A DNA stretch of 32,372 bases, taken from assembly GCA_009602725.1 (NCBI GenBank), contig WELB01000012.1, forward strand, positions 577,487 through 609,858, read 5' to 3'. Below are positions 1 to 12,026 of this stretch, piece by piece. The notes below the pieces were generated by a model that did not search any database, was not told the origin of the DNA, and was given only the letters and a program-made list of their open reading frames with translations. Each line of letters starts with the position of its first letter. The stretch's first letter is position 1. The position numbers were made by a program, and so were the translations under genes. The DNA comes from Spirogloea muscicola. Its lineage: Eukaryota.

Positions 1-215
<215 letters not shown>

Positions 216-358
216 TCCCGCCCGCCCCCACAACGCTCGCTCCAGCCCCCCCATATGACTCCACTCTCTTCGTGCTCCTCGCTGCCTGCCTTTTCTCGCT
301 TTGCTTCTACCTTCTTCTTCTGATCGCCTGCCCACTTCGTCGGCGGTCGCGTGCGCAG

Positions 359-1834
359 CGAGAAGGACATTGACGAGGTCCTGCAGGCCCACACGGTGTT
401 TGCGAACGTCTCCAAGGGCCTCGTAGCCAGCTCGCACGACCTCAAGGCCGCCTTCGGCACTGATGACCACGATGTCATCTGCCGCAAGGTGAGCGCCGCC
501 ACCCCGAGATAGGACCCACCTCACAGTTTTCGCATCTCTCAGCTCAGGTCAGGCTCAGGCCAGGCAGGCGCCGTGTGCAGATCCTGGACCAAGGCGAGTT
601 CCAGGTGTCTGACAAGGAGCGCGACGTGGCGCTGAGCAGCCAGTTCCGGGACGTGGCGACGACGGTCATGGACCGCACGATCAACCCGGCCACGCAGCGG
701 CCGTACACCATGGGCACGATCGAGCGCCTCATGCGCGACGCGCACTTCTCGCTGGACCCCCACAAGGGCACCAAGCAGCAGGTCCCGCCGCGCCGCCGCT
801 GAGCCTCCGAGCTGCGGTCGTCCCGGCAGCTTCGACGCTGTCTCATCTGCCAGCCGCTTTCCCGGACGGCGGTGGTCTTCGCCCAGGCCCACCGTTGCAA
901 AGGGGGCACGGCAGCCATGGAGCACTCTCATGACCTGCTCCAGGTGGTGGTCGTGCTGATGCAGGCGCTGGAGCTGATAAGGGAGCTGGAGCAGCGCTTC
1001 CCCATCCGGCGCGCCCGCATGAAGCTCTCCCTCTCTGCAGCGGCGCCAGAGCGGGCGCGAGTGGAGGAGGCACTGCAGTCTTGGGGCGCCCAGGTCGAAA
1101 TGCGCATCGAGGCCGCCGCCAACAGATGCTTCACAGTGGTGAGGCGCCGTGCTCACAGCACTCAGCAACTTATTTCTCGGGGTTAAGGAGTTAAGCTCTC
1201 TTTTATGTAGGGTCAGGGGTTCAGTGACGGGATTGAGTGTTTGGGATATAGAGGCGAGTCCTGATCTCTAAGGTGGCGGCTGTTGCAGGTCTACCAGGTG
1301 GAGCCGGGGCGGTTCCGCGAGTGTGAGGCGCTGGCGCGCGAGGTGCACGGTCGGCAGGAGGTCGTGACCATGGCGGTGCAGCAAGAGGGAAGTGCCAGCT
1401 TCGACACCCTCGGCGACGACGACGACGGCGACGACCGCAGAAGAGAGCCGCACACTGGAGCACCATCAAGGCAGCAAGGAATTGGACCTGCCACGACAGA
1501 GGACCTGATTGTCAAGAACTTCTCAGAGGACCTCATGGTTCGGGACCCTGGTGATCAGATCAAGATTGGCAACGGTGCCACCGCTTCGCCAGCGAGTACC
1601 ACCGGCAAAGGGCTGCCAGTGGTCGGGGCTGGCCGCAAGGATGGGCTCCGTTGTACGACTTGCAGGGTCGCGTTTGACACTGCGCACGAGCACCGCGAGC
1701 ACTTCAAGTCTGAGTGGCACCGTCACAATCTACGGCGCAAAGTCCAGGACCTGCCGCCGCTATCAGCAGCCGACTGCCTCGCTGATGTCGAGATTGAGGA
1801 CCTGACCAACGATCTTGACCAGTACAGCCGCTAA
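359..1834 (+). CDS. SBDS: Ribosome maturation factor SBDS/Sdo1 with C-terminal C2H2 zinc finger, 5'-partial; exons 359-488, 581-781, 965-1138, 1289-1834
   Basis: Spliced translation [20 protein letters not shown]...[22 protein letters not shown]...[10 protein letters not shown]...IERLM...[20 protein letters not shown] matches SBDS motifs. C-terminus CTTC..F....[17 protein letters not shown] is the plant-type zinc finger. GT-AG introns keep frame. First exon(s) lie left of the window. Confidence 0.93.
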
Positions 1835-2243
1835 GTGCTGCCCATGCCTCGGTGTACTAGTGAATCTGGGGTCCTTGCATGCTGTACTGGCCAGCATGCT
1901 GTCCTAGTTGACAGTTGAATTCTCCAACGATGAGAGCCAAGATTGTAAGTTGGTCATTGCTTGCTGGCAGCAAGCCTCTGAGTGTGGTATGCAAGAAGGT
2001 CTGATTGGATGGAGCAGGACTCTGAGCAGACTAGCTCCACAACATATTGCAGAGCAGAAGGGGCCTCAGTCACGGTTGTTGGATTCGCTGTGACCAGGTC
2101 TCACTACTAATGTCAAGTCAAATCTGAGGGCTAGATTTACAGGGTACTGCATGATCAAATAATCATAATGTTCTCGTACGCCACTTCTATGTCTATCCTT
2201 AATCCAGAGAGTGGAGCATCTTGAGATCTGCCAGGGGCCAGAA

Positions 2244-5200
2244 TCAGCCAACCCTGAGGAGCTGGTGAAATGCCTCCTGGGGGATGTCCACAGAGCCAAC
2301 GCGCTTCATCCGCCTCTTGCCCTCCTTCTGCTTCTCCAGCAGCTTGCGCTTGCGCGAGACGTCTCCACCGTAGCACTTGGCCAGCACGTTCTTCCGCATC
2401 GCTGGCAGCCTGCCACACAGACGATTTGAGTGCCCATCGTGAATTTCTGTGGAATAGGGCCATGCTATTTAGTTGTAACCACTATGACTTTGCGTGTTGC
2501 ATGTACTACATGCAACATTCAAAGCTGCAGCCATTAAGATAACCTTTGCGGTATGCTACGTGAATGTCATTGCTAATGGCCTCAAGGAATTATTGTCAAT
2601 GTTATGTGCGTCCGGAACGATAGTGCTTGCCAGAGCATGCTGCAAGATTGAATCTTACGTTTCCCTGGCAATGACTTTGCCCCCAATCGCAGCCTGGATA
2701 GCAACCTCAAACATCTGCCTGCGCACATTCATGTGTTTCATCGAATTCTTGTGAGCTGTAGCATGCATGGATTATAGCATGAGACATTGTCCGCAACTGT
2801 ATCCAATTGCCATGCCACAAGCTTGCTCCCGTTACAGAACTCAGCCGTTCAGCTTGCATGCAAGCCCATGGTGTTGAGGCAGAAAGCAAAGCCTGACAGC
2901 CCTTCAGCTCCAGCAGGATGCGAACCTGTCAATAGTGGCCCGCAGCTTCTCCACAAGGCTCTTGCCCACACGCTGCGCCTTTGAGCGGTGCACGATGAAT
3001 GCGAGCGCATCTATGCCCTGCCCATTCAGCATCACATCCACCTTCACCATATCCGACGCCTGGTAGCTGCTAGCTTGCACCACGTAGTGGCCGCAATCAA
3101 GGGCAGTCCAGAGAATATCAACATCTCATGACATGCCACTGAAGGCAATCTCACAAGACGCAACTGTGCTTAAAAGGCCTGCAAGACTTCACACCAGGAA
3201 CTGAAGTACCTCGGCACGGTTGGCTGCTTCAAAATGCTCACCCTGCATCTTCGTAATCGAACGACGCATACCCAGATGTAATGCTCTTCAACTCGTCCAC
3301 AAAATCTGTCACCACCTCTTTCAGGGGAAGGCGGTACTTGAGAACGGCCCTTTCCCTGGGCACATATCCAGAGAGCACAAAGCTTTAGATGCCTTGGACT
3401 CACTTCACATCAATGACGACAACAAACAGGACAGAGTAAGTTGCTGTATTCTTGATACTACTTCATTTGAAGCTCGGTCACGAGATCTCAACATACCCAT
3501 CAAGGAACGTGTATTCCATCTGCTCTCCCCTCCTGTCTGAACAAAGAGTCATGATGCTGCCGACATTCCTGGCCACCCATACCACTTTGTAAGTTTGTTG
3601 CCACACCCACAACTCTCTAGGCAACCACGCTCATAGAGGGACTCGTGGCCTAAGAGTAGTTTGCTTAGTACTGGTGCATAAACTTCTCAATGAAGAGCTA
3701 CAAACGTCATTGATTGTTTGCCTCCCGTCTATAGTGGTTGAGAGCAGGTGTAAGGGCCAGTACTTGCTAGGAGTGACAATGGTTGCCATCAGGGTTGGCT
3801 CCCAACAGTTGACCAGCTTCTTGCCAGGGGAGGACAAAATCGCAGCAGGATTACGTACATCGACCTTGCTGCAAGCCAGCCCAGATTATCATCCTCGTTG
3901 CAAGGCAAGAGCATTTCAAGCCAAGAGAAGCCATCAAACCCTACCATAGTGCAAGTTGCAATTGCAACGACCATTCAGTACTTGGCAACATGCACAGGCC
4001 AGTGCTTGCTTCCCATGGACTCCAAACTCTGCCTTGATTCAAGGCTTCAGCATTGCTGCCAAAGGAAAGGCCAGAAGGGTAGTACCTGCCGTCCTGATAT
4101 TCAAAAATGTACGGTACTGTTGGAGTGGTCGTGATAACTTGAGCTCCATACTCCTGCTCATCCATTGCTCAAAATGAGCACCACTAGCACATTGATAGCA
4201 AATAGTAGTGAAATCAGGTCCGCAGTCAGTTGCTAAGGGTCGCTACAAGCTTTGCCAGAAAGGCGGCCTTGAAGGCAAGGCGGCCTTAGATTCTATATCA
4301 ACCACCCTTATCACCTGATCCAGACGCTGGTGAAATACGTCCATGTGAAGTAATCCTAAGAAACCGCACCTGCAGGAGCATTTAGTCCACTAACTGACAC
4401 TCAGAGTTCAACATAGATGTCTACCTTGCACAGCACAACACTGACCTGACCTTCCACACCAATGACAGGACTTGGCAGGACAGTTCCTTGCAGCTTCTTC
4501 ACATGCTTGCACAAAGTCGTCGTGTAGTCTGAGGAACATTGGGCAATCCTAATGCACTCAGCAATGCTGTATGGACCTGTAGCCAGCACCCAAGGCTCCA
4601 GAGCTCTCCCTCTGGACAGACACAGAGGCGTCGTTGCAGGTGAGCTTCTCAATTGCACTGCCGAGCACCTCAAAATCAGAGCCGTCAACCGGATATACAC
4701 CGGCAAACACCATGTGCTTTGCTTCCTTGAAGCCTGCACCCAAGTGAAAAGCACTGACTTGTTGATTAACAGCTGGCAGCTGGTAGAGATTCACATAAGG
4801 CCAATCAATAACTAAGAAAGACAGTCAGGTTGCCAAGTCGAATGAGGTCATGGACACTGACTGCCTTAGAAGACTGATAGTATGAGATAGGATAGCTTTT
4901 GGAGTATGACTTGAAGCTTGACACTTTCAGCTCTCAAGTCCAATCAGATGCCAGACACAATGCGGTGTATGATGACTCCAGATCTTGGATGTACAGCAGT
5001 ATGCCAAGGCAAATTTGCAACAAGGCACGATGGCCTACTGACCTGGAAGACTCACGACGTCCCTTTGGGCGTCATGCAGGGTGTCGCCAATCTTGGCCTC
5101 CTGGGTGCTGCGCATGCCGGGGATGACATAGCCGACCTGCCCAGTGAGCAGCACGCCCGTGGGCGTCAGCTCGGGGTGCATGATGCCCACGTCGAGTGCC

Positions 5201-7029
5201 TCATATGTCAGGCCGCTGGCTGCGGACTGCAGCATAGTGCCTTTCTTCACACTCCCATCCACAACTGCCACGTGGCAGATGACGCCCCTGTGTTGAAATG
5301 GCAAGCTCAATGTAGCCAAGTGGATTCAGTGCATCGCTGGGAGTTAGCCATTGCTTCCTGATGCAGCCTAGGAGGGGAACTCTAGCCGTAGACTGTTAAG
5401 CCCGCCACTGCTCCTATAGCCAATTCCCCATCATTCTTGGACCTCATTCCCCTCACATACAGTGCAAGCCGAAGCACACTTCAGACTTGCTTCCATTAAG
5501 GCTCTTATTTATGTAAGCCCAAACACCCAACCGCATTACGTGCTAATCCAAGAATCCTTGACCTCAGAAATCAAGAAGCTCACGACTACATGCAGCGCAA
5601 GAAAAGTGGTAATGATGGCCAGAGTTGTGAGCATCCCAAGGCAGACCTGTAAAGGTCATAGTGAGAGTCCAGGAGAAGCATGCGCAAGGGCGCCTCAGGA
5701 TCACCCTGAGGTGCTGGCACTCCTTCTATGACAGCAGGCAGGATAGCCTGGATGGCAAGCACAATGAAACTAGGACACTTTATAAGCGTTCCAAAGCAGG
5801 CTTTGGTGTAATCAATTGCCTGCACAGTTGTCTACAGACAATGCTCCAGAAGTGTCAGGCAAACAGTACAAATCTTAAAAGGGTCGGGCTCGAAAGCGCT
5901 TGACATGAGATTCTAGGCTGCAGAACCCTACCCTTTACCCTCATGCCCCATTTAGAGGCTAGAAAGGCGAAATTGCAGCTGAAGTGTACGGCAGGCTGGC
6001 TCAGTTCTGGTGTGATGTTTTGCAGCCAATGTAGTGTATTTTCCTTAGTGGCTTCAATCTCAACATCCACAAATACTGATCAGGTGCACAAGCAGTCACT
6101 TTGAACACTTTCTAGCGATTATTGAGGTGCCAGAGTGATCGACCTCGAGCCCCTGACCGGTCTTGGCAGACGTGAGGAGGCAGGCGGCAGGGTCGATGTC
6201 AAAGGCGGCCTTCATCTGCTGCCCGACGGCGGCGGGGTCGGTGCCGGGCTGGTCGATCTTGTTGATGACCGGGATGACGGCGAGGCCTGCGTCAAAGGCC
6301 AGGTAGAAGTTGGCGATCGTCTGCGCCTGCACGCCCTGCCCTGCATCCACCAGCAGCAGCACGCCCTGGCACGCCGCCAGCGACCTCGACACCTGCCTCA
6401 GCAAATGTGGGCAGCAAGCAGCGTCCCCCATCAATGCTGCCCATTGTGTCACTTAGCCAATGCAGATACTGAACCTTAGCTCCTGACCCATAGGACCTCA
6501 GAACCAGCTTTGCTGTGAGCGAGTCACCTGAGGCGCTAACTGGGAGCGCCGAGCAACGGCAGGAGAGCTCAGAGATGCGGCCTGCATGGGAAGGAGCGTG
6601 CCTCATAGCTGAAGTCCACGTGGCCGGGCGTGTCGATGAGGTTGAGGAGGTAGTCCCCCGCGGGCTGCCTGCCGCCGCAGCGCGCCCGCGCCGCCTCGGT
6701 GTACCGGTACAGCATCGCCGCGCTCTGCGCCTTGACGGTGATCCCCCGCTCCCGCTCCACCTGCATCCACCGAGAGTTCGCGTCAGGCCAAGGGTGTTAG
6801 GGTTAGGGTGTTAGGTTTAGGGCTGGCACACCGAGCGGCGGCGGCGGCGGCGGCGGCGGAGGCGCACCTGCAGCTTGTCCAGGTACTGCGGCTGAGCGGC
6901 GCCGCGCTTGATGGTGCCGGTGAGCTCCAGCAGGCGGTCCGCCAGCGTCGACTTGCCGTGGTCCACGTGCGCCACGACCGAGAAGTTGCGCACGCGCGCC
7001 GGCGGGTAGCGCGCCACGTCCGTAGCCAT
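2244..7029 (-). CDS. GUF1: Translation factor GUF1/LepA (EF4), mitochondrial type; 14 exons: 7029-6868, 6760-6602, 6392-6144, 5747-5647, 5287-5043, 4733-4577, 4369-4315, 4153-4086, 3868-3764, 3568-3497, 3355-3242, 3066-2926, 2718-2659, 2409-2244 (1854 nt, 617 aa)
   Basis: G1 [80 protein letters not shown] and LepA C-terminus [27 protein letters not shown]. Exon lengths sum to a multiple of 3. True start uncertain. Confidence 0.95.
6791..6822. repeat. Degenerate telomere-like (TTAGGG/TTTAGGG) repeat in GUF1 intron 1
   Basis: AGGGTGTTAGGGTTAGGGTGTTAGGTTTAGGG; reads CCCTAAACCTAACACCCTAACCCTAACACCCT on the GUF1 sense strand. Confidence 0.7.
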
Positions 7030-7068
7030 GCCGCCCCCGCAGCGGCGGCGGCGGCGGCGGCGGCGGCG
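6835..7068. repeat. Two (GCG)n trinucleotide runs flanking GUF1 exon 1 (6835-6859 and 7042-7068)
   Basis: Directly visible GCG runs. Confidence 0.85.
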
Positions 7069-8248
7069 TCATGGCGGCCGGGCCGGCGCCATGACGCCAC
7101 GGCGGCCAGCCTACAGAAACAGCTCCGGTCTGCCGCCAGCGCCGCTGATGAGCCGATGAACTGACGAGCTGCCTGGAACCTGCCCAGGACGACCTGCCTT
7201 ATGCTGGCATGCAAGCATACAGGCTTCTGAGCTTTGTGCACCAGCAATGCATGGCTTCGCGTGCAGGCAAGCTGGGGGCCTCGTCAGGCAATGCGCTTTC
7301 TTGAAACACAGAACAATAAGTTGGATCGACAAACTTCAGAGACAACCAGGGATTTCATGCTTCTGTCATTCCTTCGGAAAATTGGTCCTGTCAAAGCAAG
7401 GCGAGTGTGTGAGCTTGTAACTGATGAATGAAGTCCTGATCAAGCATTCATCAATAAAAGTGCCAGAGGACAGAGATTAGCACACTGTCTTTGGCTTGCC
7501 GAACAGACAGGACTGGTCAGGTGAGCTTGAGCTGGTCAGGTTGTGCAAGTGAGCACTGCCGATCCGGAGCCTCAATGGCTGGGGTAAATGAAGTTGGTGG
7601 CTGCTGCCGCCAACCCCTGCCATTTCCTGCATTTGCTGCAAGGCGATGGTAACTACTGACATTAGCTTATTACTGAGCAACTTCCTCGCCCGCACTTCTG
7701 CCAGTGGGCTAGGAAAGGCCTTGCTTGGCATACTGAGAGACTCTGTAGTGCAGCCACAGGCTTGGCTGGCAAGCCTGAAGGTGACACGTAATGATGACAG
7801 CAGCAACCTCTTGCTGTCATGCCAGTTGCTTAAGATCAAAACAAGGACTTTAAGGTGGCCGTAGCGTGGGCACAGCTTTGCAGATCTGAAGTCTGCCAGA
7901 CCCAGACTTGGACTCCTTTGCACAGCACAGCTTAAGTCCAAAGGACTATCTTTCTGCAGGAGGTCACAGAGACGTATATGTTGTAAAGGTGGCACGCTGA
8001 AAGACATCAACTAGGTATCAAGGTATATAGCGCAGGTCTTTGGTGACACTATCAGATTCAAATCAGATGGATGTTTTCGTACCACGAGTACAGATACCAG
8101 ATGCGTGCGTGACACTTAAGCAAAGTCTTGATGAGTCTTTGGGCCAAAATGCGGCTCTTAAACTGCCACTCTATTGCCTCAAGGGTCAGGCACTGTGCGC
8201 GACACTGCTTGCCAGGCTACAGCAAAGCTGCAGCAAGGCAGGGAAGGC

Positions 8249-9708
8249 CTATGGAGGGCACACATTCGTTGAGACACAGATGAAACCACCACCAGCGGGC
8301 TTGTTGCAGCATATCTGCACAGGGACATATTTTTTGATTTAAGTCAAGCTTCCACATATCTACCGCAAGGAGAATAATACCACCATCAGCACATGGACAG
8401 GCTGACCCTGTATTGCTAAGTTACATTTGCAGGTAAGAGCCACTGCGTAAGCATGCCAGATCCTATAGCGTCACTGAGTGCACAATGCAGCTGCACCCAT
8501 GGAAATGGGAAGTCCTGAATGGCTGCAATACCTGGCCAGCCGGGCAGCAGAGGGACTTCACACCACTTGCAGCCTTCACGTAGCAGACACGCTTGGACGG
8601 GACACATCGATGTGTGGTAGGGCAGCACGCATAGCCAACAGGGCAGACCGCAATTGCAGTGCTAGGAGGAGGCAGGGGGCAGATGCTCTGCCCGGGAACA
8701 CAGCGTCCCTGCAAGACCCACAGAAATGCTTAGCAGGGTCCACGAGAACTTCATGTGGAGTAGATGAGATGTCCTACCACACATTCAGGAACACTGACCA
8801 GATAATTTTATTAAATGGCGTCAGAGTGGCCATGCTTCGCCTGTCAATAGGAGCTTCATATACCAGCAGAGCTCGTCACATGACCAACTACAATAACAAT
8901 CACCTACGACAGACAAGTGGAATCAGGTGGCTTTACCTGGTAGCAGATTTCATTTGCATTGCAGCAGCCACAGGTCTGATTTTGGCGAAGGCACTGCAGA
9001 AGAAAGCACACTACTGGATCAGCACACAAAAGTTTGTGCATGTATAAGTTAGCCTCCAAAGCATTCATTGGCCTTGCTGGCATGAGGACTTGGCAATCGA
9101 GGGCAGGCCAGCAGCTACATAGGGTTGCCTGACCAACTTGACATAGGGTATTTGTGTGAGGGTAGTCTCTTTAAGCTGCGACCGCATTGCCTTGAAAGAC
9201 AGAACATTCTCCTGTTCATGCATTTGTGCAAGCTGCTTTGGTTGCGAGTTTCACTTGTGGTCAACTGCACTATCTGCAGCAGCAGCATCTAGGCTCAATG
9301 TTGAGGGCGAGAGAGGCCGTTACAGAAGAGGGGAACTGACATAGCAGCACTGCGAGTTGCAGAAAGGTTCACAGACGGTCTGGGCCTCAGTGTGGTGCGC
9401 TGTTGCTGATAGCCAGGATAGGCAACACATTTTCAGCTTGATGATGTACTCATTAGGAAGCAGCAATGGAGAAGCAGCAGGAGGGCGTTGCCAGCATGCA
9501 AGGGCCTTCCTACTGGGCCACTGGAGGTACACTTCAGAGTGTGCAACTAGCCAGGCAGTTGAGAGCTAGATGAAAGAGAGTTGTGGCGAGGTCTATCAAC
9601 GCCACAGAAGGAGAGCATGCCATAGAGCTCTGGTAAGCCTGAATGCAGGTGACCACTACCTGCAAGGAGCACGAGGAGGGCGACCAGGGCAGTAACTCTG
9701 AGAGCCAT
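8249..9708 (-). CDS. Secreted cysteine-rich protein, paralogue 1 (135 aa, 22 Cys); exons 9708-9660, 9399-9341, 8993-8937, 8708-8532, 8314-8249
   Basis: MALRVTALVALLVLLA|AHHTEAQTVCEPFCNSQCCY|CLRQNQTCGCCNANEICYQ|GRCVPGQSICPLPPPSTAIAVCPVGYACCPTTHRCVPSKRVCYVKAASGVKSLCCPAGQ|ICCNKPAGGGFICVSTNVCPP*. All introns GT-AG and in frame; exon structure mirrored by the paralogue. Confidence 0.88.
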
Positions 9709-10189
9709 GGCTGGCTGACAGGGGAGGAGTGGGGGAGCTGGTAGAGAAGCCGGGATGAGTGAGGCGTCAAGCAGTAGATTGTTATAGCAGCGCTCGCGTC
9801 ATTGAGGCGCCAGTAGTAATGGATGGCAGCGACATGCTCCGCAGCTTTGCCGGCTCAGCGGGCCGCACGCGTTGCGGGGGGGAAGAGAAGCTTGCGTTTT
9901 GCGCCTTCCGGCCCTTTCACACTAGTACATACCTTTGGGCTGGCCTCCCACAGCTGTTGCCTTACATTGATGGAGGTGTTTCTTTTCTACAAAGGAAGGC
10001 GCCGTTGAACATCTTTGGGGGGGTTGGGGCAGGGCTTCCTCCTGGGCCCCAGCGAGGAGAGGAGAGTAGCCGCTTGGGTGACAGGATCGGGGGTAGCCCA
10101 GAGAGGCCGTCGAGCCGATGGGCAAGCAAGGGAGCCCGGCCACGAGACCGACGGCGAGCGGGGCGACGATGGTGCTGATGACGGGTGGT

Positions 10190-10290
10190 GAGAGAAGGCG
10201 CATGGTGCGCATGAAATGGAAGGGTGGCTACTTCAAGCCAATGCTTTGTTCAGACAGAACTTAGTCCAAGAATGAGGATACATGCATTGA
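10190..10290 (-). mobile_element. 3'-UTR fragment of family A retroelement
   Basis: Reverse complement ...TGAACAAAGCATTGGCTTGAAGTAGCCACCCTTCCATTTCATGCGCACCATGCGCCTTCTCTC aligns with 23500-23568. Confidence 0.7.
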
Positions 10291-10321
10291 ACCCTATGGT
10301 AGAGTGTGGCTAGGTAAGGTC

Positions 10322-10530
10322 GTCTGCAGACGTGAATTAGTCCGCTGCCTAAATAAGCCGACCGGTTCCGTTGGTGGGGCCGCGGTGGGGCCGCCCCCCC
10401 CCAGAGCGGCCGACGACGGCGCCATGCGCGGCACGGCCCGGCCCGGCACCACCCCGGCGGGACGGACGGGAATCTCGCGGTGGCGAACGTGCTTGAGCCC
10501 CGCGGTTCACGGCGGGCCGTGCCAGTGGCT
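10322..10530. repeat. GC-rich dispersed repeat, copy 1 (copy 2 at 31248-31452)
   Basis: CCGGTTCCGTTGGTGGGGCCGCGGTGGGGCC...GGCCGACGACGGCG...GCCCGGC...GAATCT...GCCCCGCGGTTCACGGCGGGCC is collinear with copy 2. Confidence 0.65.
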
Positions 10531-12026
10531 CCGGTGAAGGCGGCGGCCCCCCTGGCATATCCGACCCTCCCGCCCGCCCGCCCGCACGCCTTGCACGCAC
10601 GCGCCGTCATCCTCTGCGGGTGCCCGCCGGGCGCACGACGCCCGGGCCTGGCCACCCGCAGCTCTTACCCGCCAGCACTTCCTCGCTTGCCCTCTCGTCT
10701 CCTTCCTTGGGCTGGCTGGTCACTGAGTGCGTCGTAGCCACGACTCCCTGTGTGCTTCCCTGGCTCCCCTCGGTTTTCGTCATTCTTTTTCCCAAAGGCC
10801 GGCCTCTCACAGCCACAGCCCTCTCCTGGAAGCGTCTTTCTCTCTGTTTACAGCCCGCGCCCCCTTCTGAAGAGCCACTTTTTGCAGCCGGCCCTCCGTC
10901 GGCCCCTGTCGATGCAGAAGCAGCTCCACTTGAGTGGGCGAGGGCTGTGAACAGCCAGCCCACAAAAGAGCGAACAAGGGCCAGAGAAGCCGGAAAGCGG
11001 AGACCACCAAAGGCGAAGCAGAGGAACGAAGAAGATAAGCTTAGTCAGCAGCCTTGTCCGACTTGTGGGCTGGCCTTTCATTAGAAGCCATTGCCCACAG
11101 ACCTCGCCTCCTTCATGAGCGCTGCTTATCTTGCTTCTTCGTCTGGAAGCTCAGTGTCTTTCCCTTGGAGGTATCTTCCATATTCTTCACCTTTTCCTTC
11201 TTCCGTTGATCATGCATGGACAATGTCCTTACAAGGAGCCCCTTCAGCCCCTGACTAAGTTCGCTTGACAGCCAGTGACTGGTCTGGGTCGCTCATCCTC
11301 TCGAAATGAAGGCCTCGCCAATGCAAAAGTATGGTCATGTCTTGGGGAGTCTGAGAGTGCCGCCGGGCTGAGCAGACTCTTAGAAGGTCAGGCAGAAGCA
11401 CTGCGGCCAGCCCTTACATGTCCAAGTGGCACACCGCTACTGCTGGTCCACTTGCTGCTACAAGACCAACGCAGTAACCTAAATTGCAAACGCACTAGGC
11501 ACTGGAGAGAAAATGCATGTTTCGCACGTATTGAGTAATGGGGCCAAGCTGAGCCATCAAAGGTGATCAAGAGGAATCTGCCTATTTTCGATAACACCAA
11601 TAGTCATCTACCCAATACTTTCGCAATGCAGATAGTCTGCAGTGATTGGCCTGAGATGCTTGGTGCTGCAGGTCAGTGACCAATGACAACACTGGAGGTG
11701 CTGGACACAGCACATGTTCTCAATCTTCATTCAATTTCTCAAACAGAGGTCTTCCTGATGAATGCAAACGGGGCAGCTGCCAGACGCTTGCAGTATCTGT
11801 ACTGATATCTGTACTGACTGTATTGGCTATCAACTGATTGGTTGCATCCTTTGACTGGAACCAAGCAATTTGTTAGAACTCAAATGCAAGCTCTAGCTAT
11901 CAACAAAGGCCGTCCAATCGCATCTCCAAATCCCAAAGGTGGCAGGCAGTACACGTCATACTGTTTCCAATGGCACCACGTAGCTGCTGCACAGAGTGAT
12001 GAAAGTGCACATGGCTGCTGATGGCC

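Noticed and set aside
359..7029. SBDS next to an EF-G-like GTPase as a functional gene cluster
   Set aside because: The SBDS partner is cytosolic EFL1. This GTPase has the LepA/GUF1 C-terminus and is organellar, so adjacency is probably coincidental.
7477..8010. 177-aa minus-strand ORF
   Set aside because: No recognisable motif and no consistent exon chain. It cannot be supported, though upstream exons here are not excluded.
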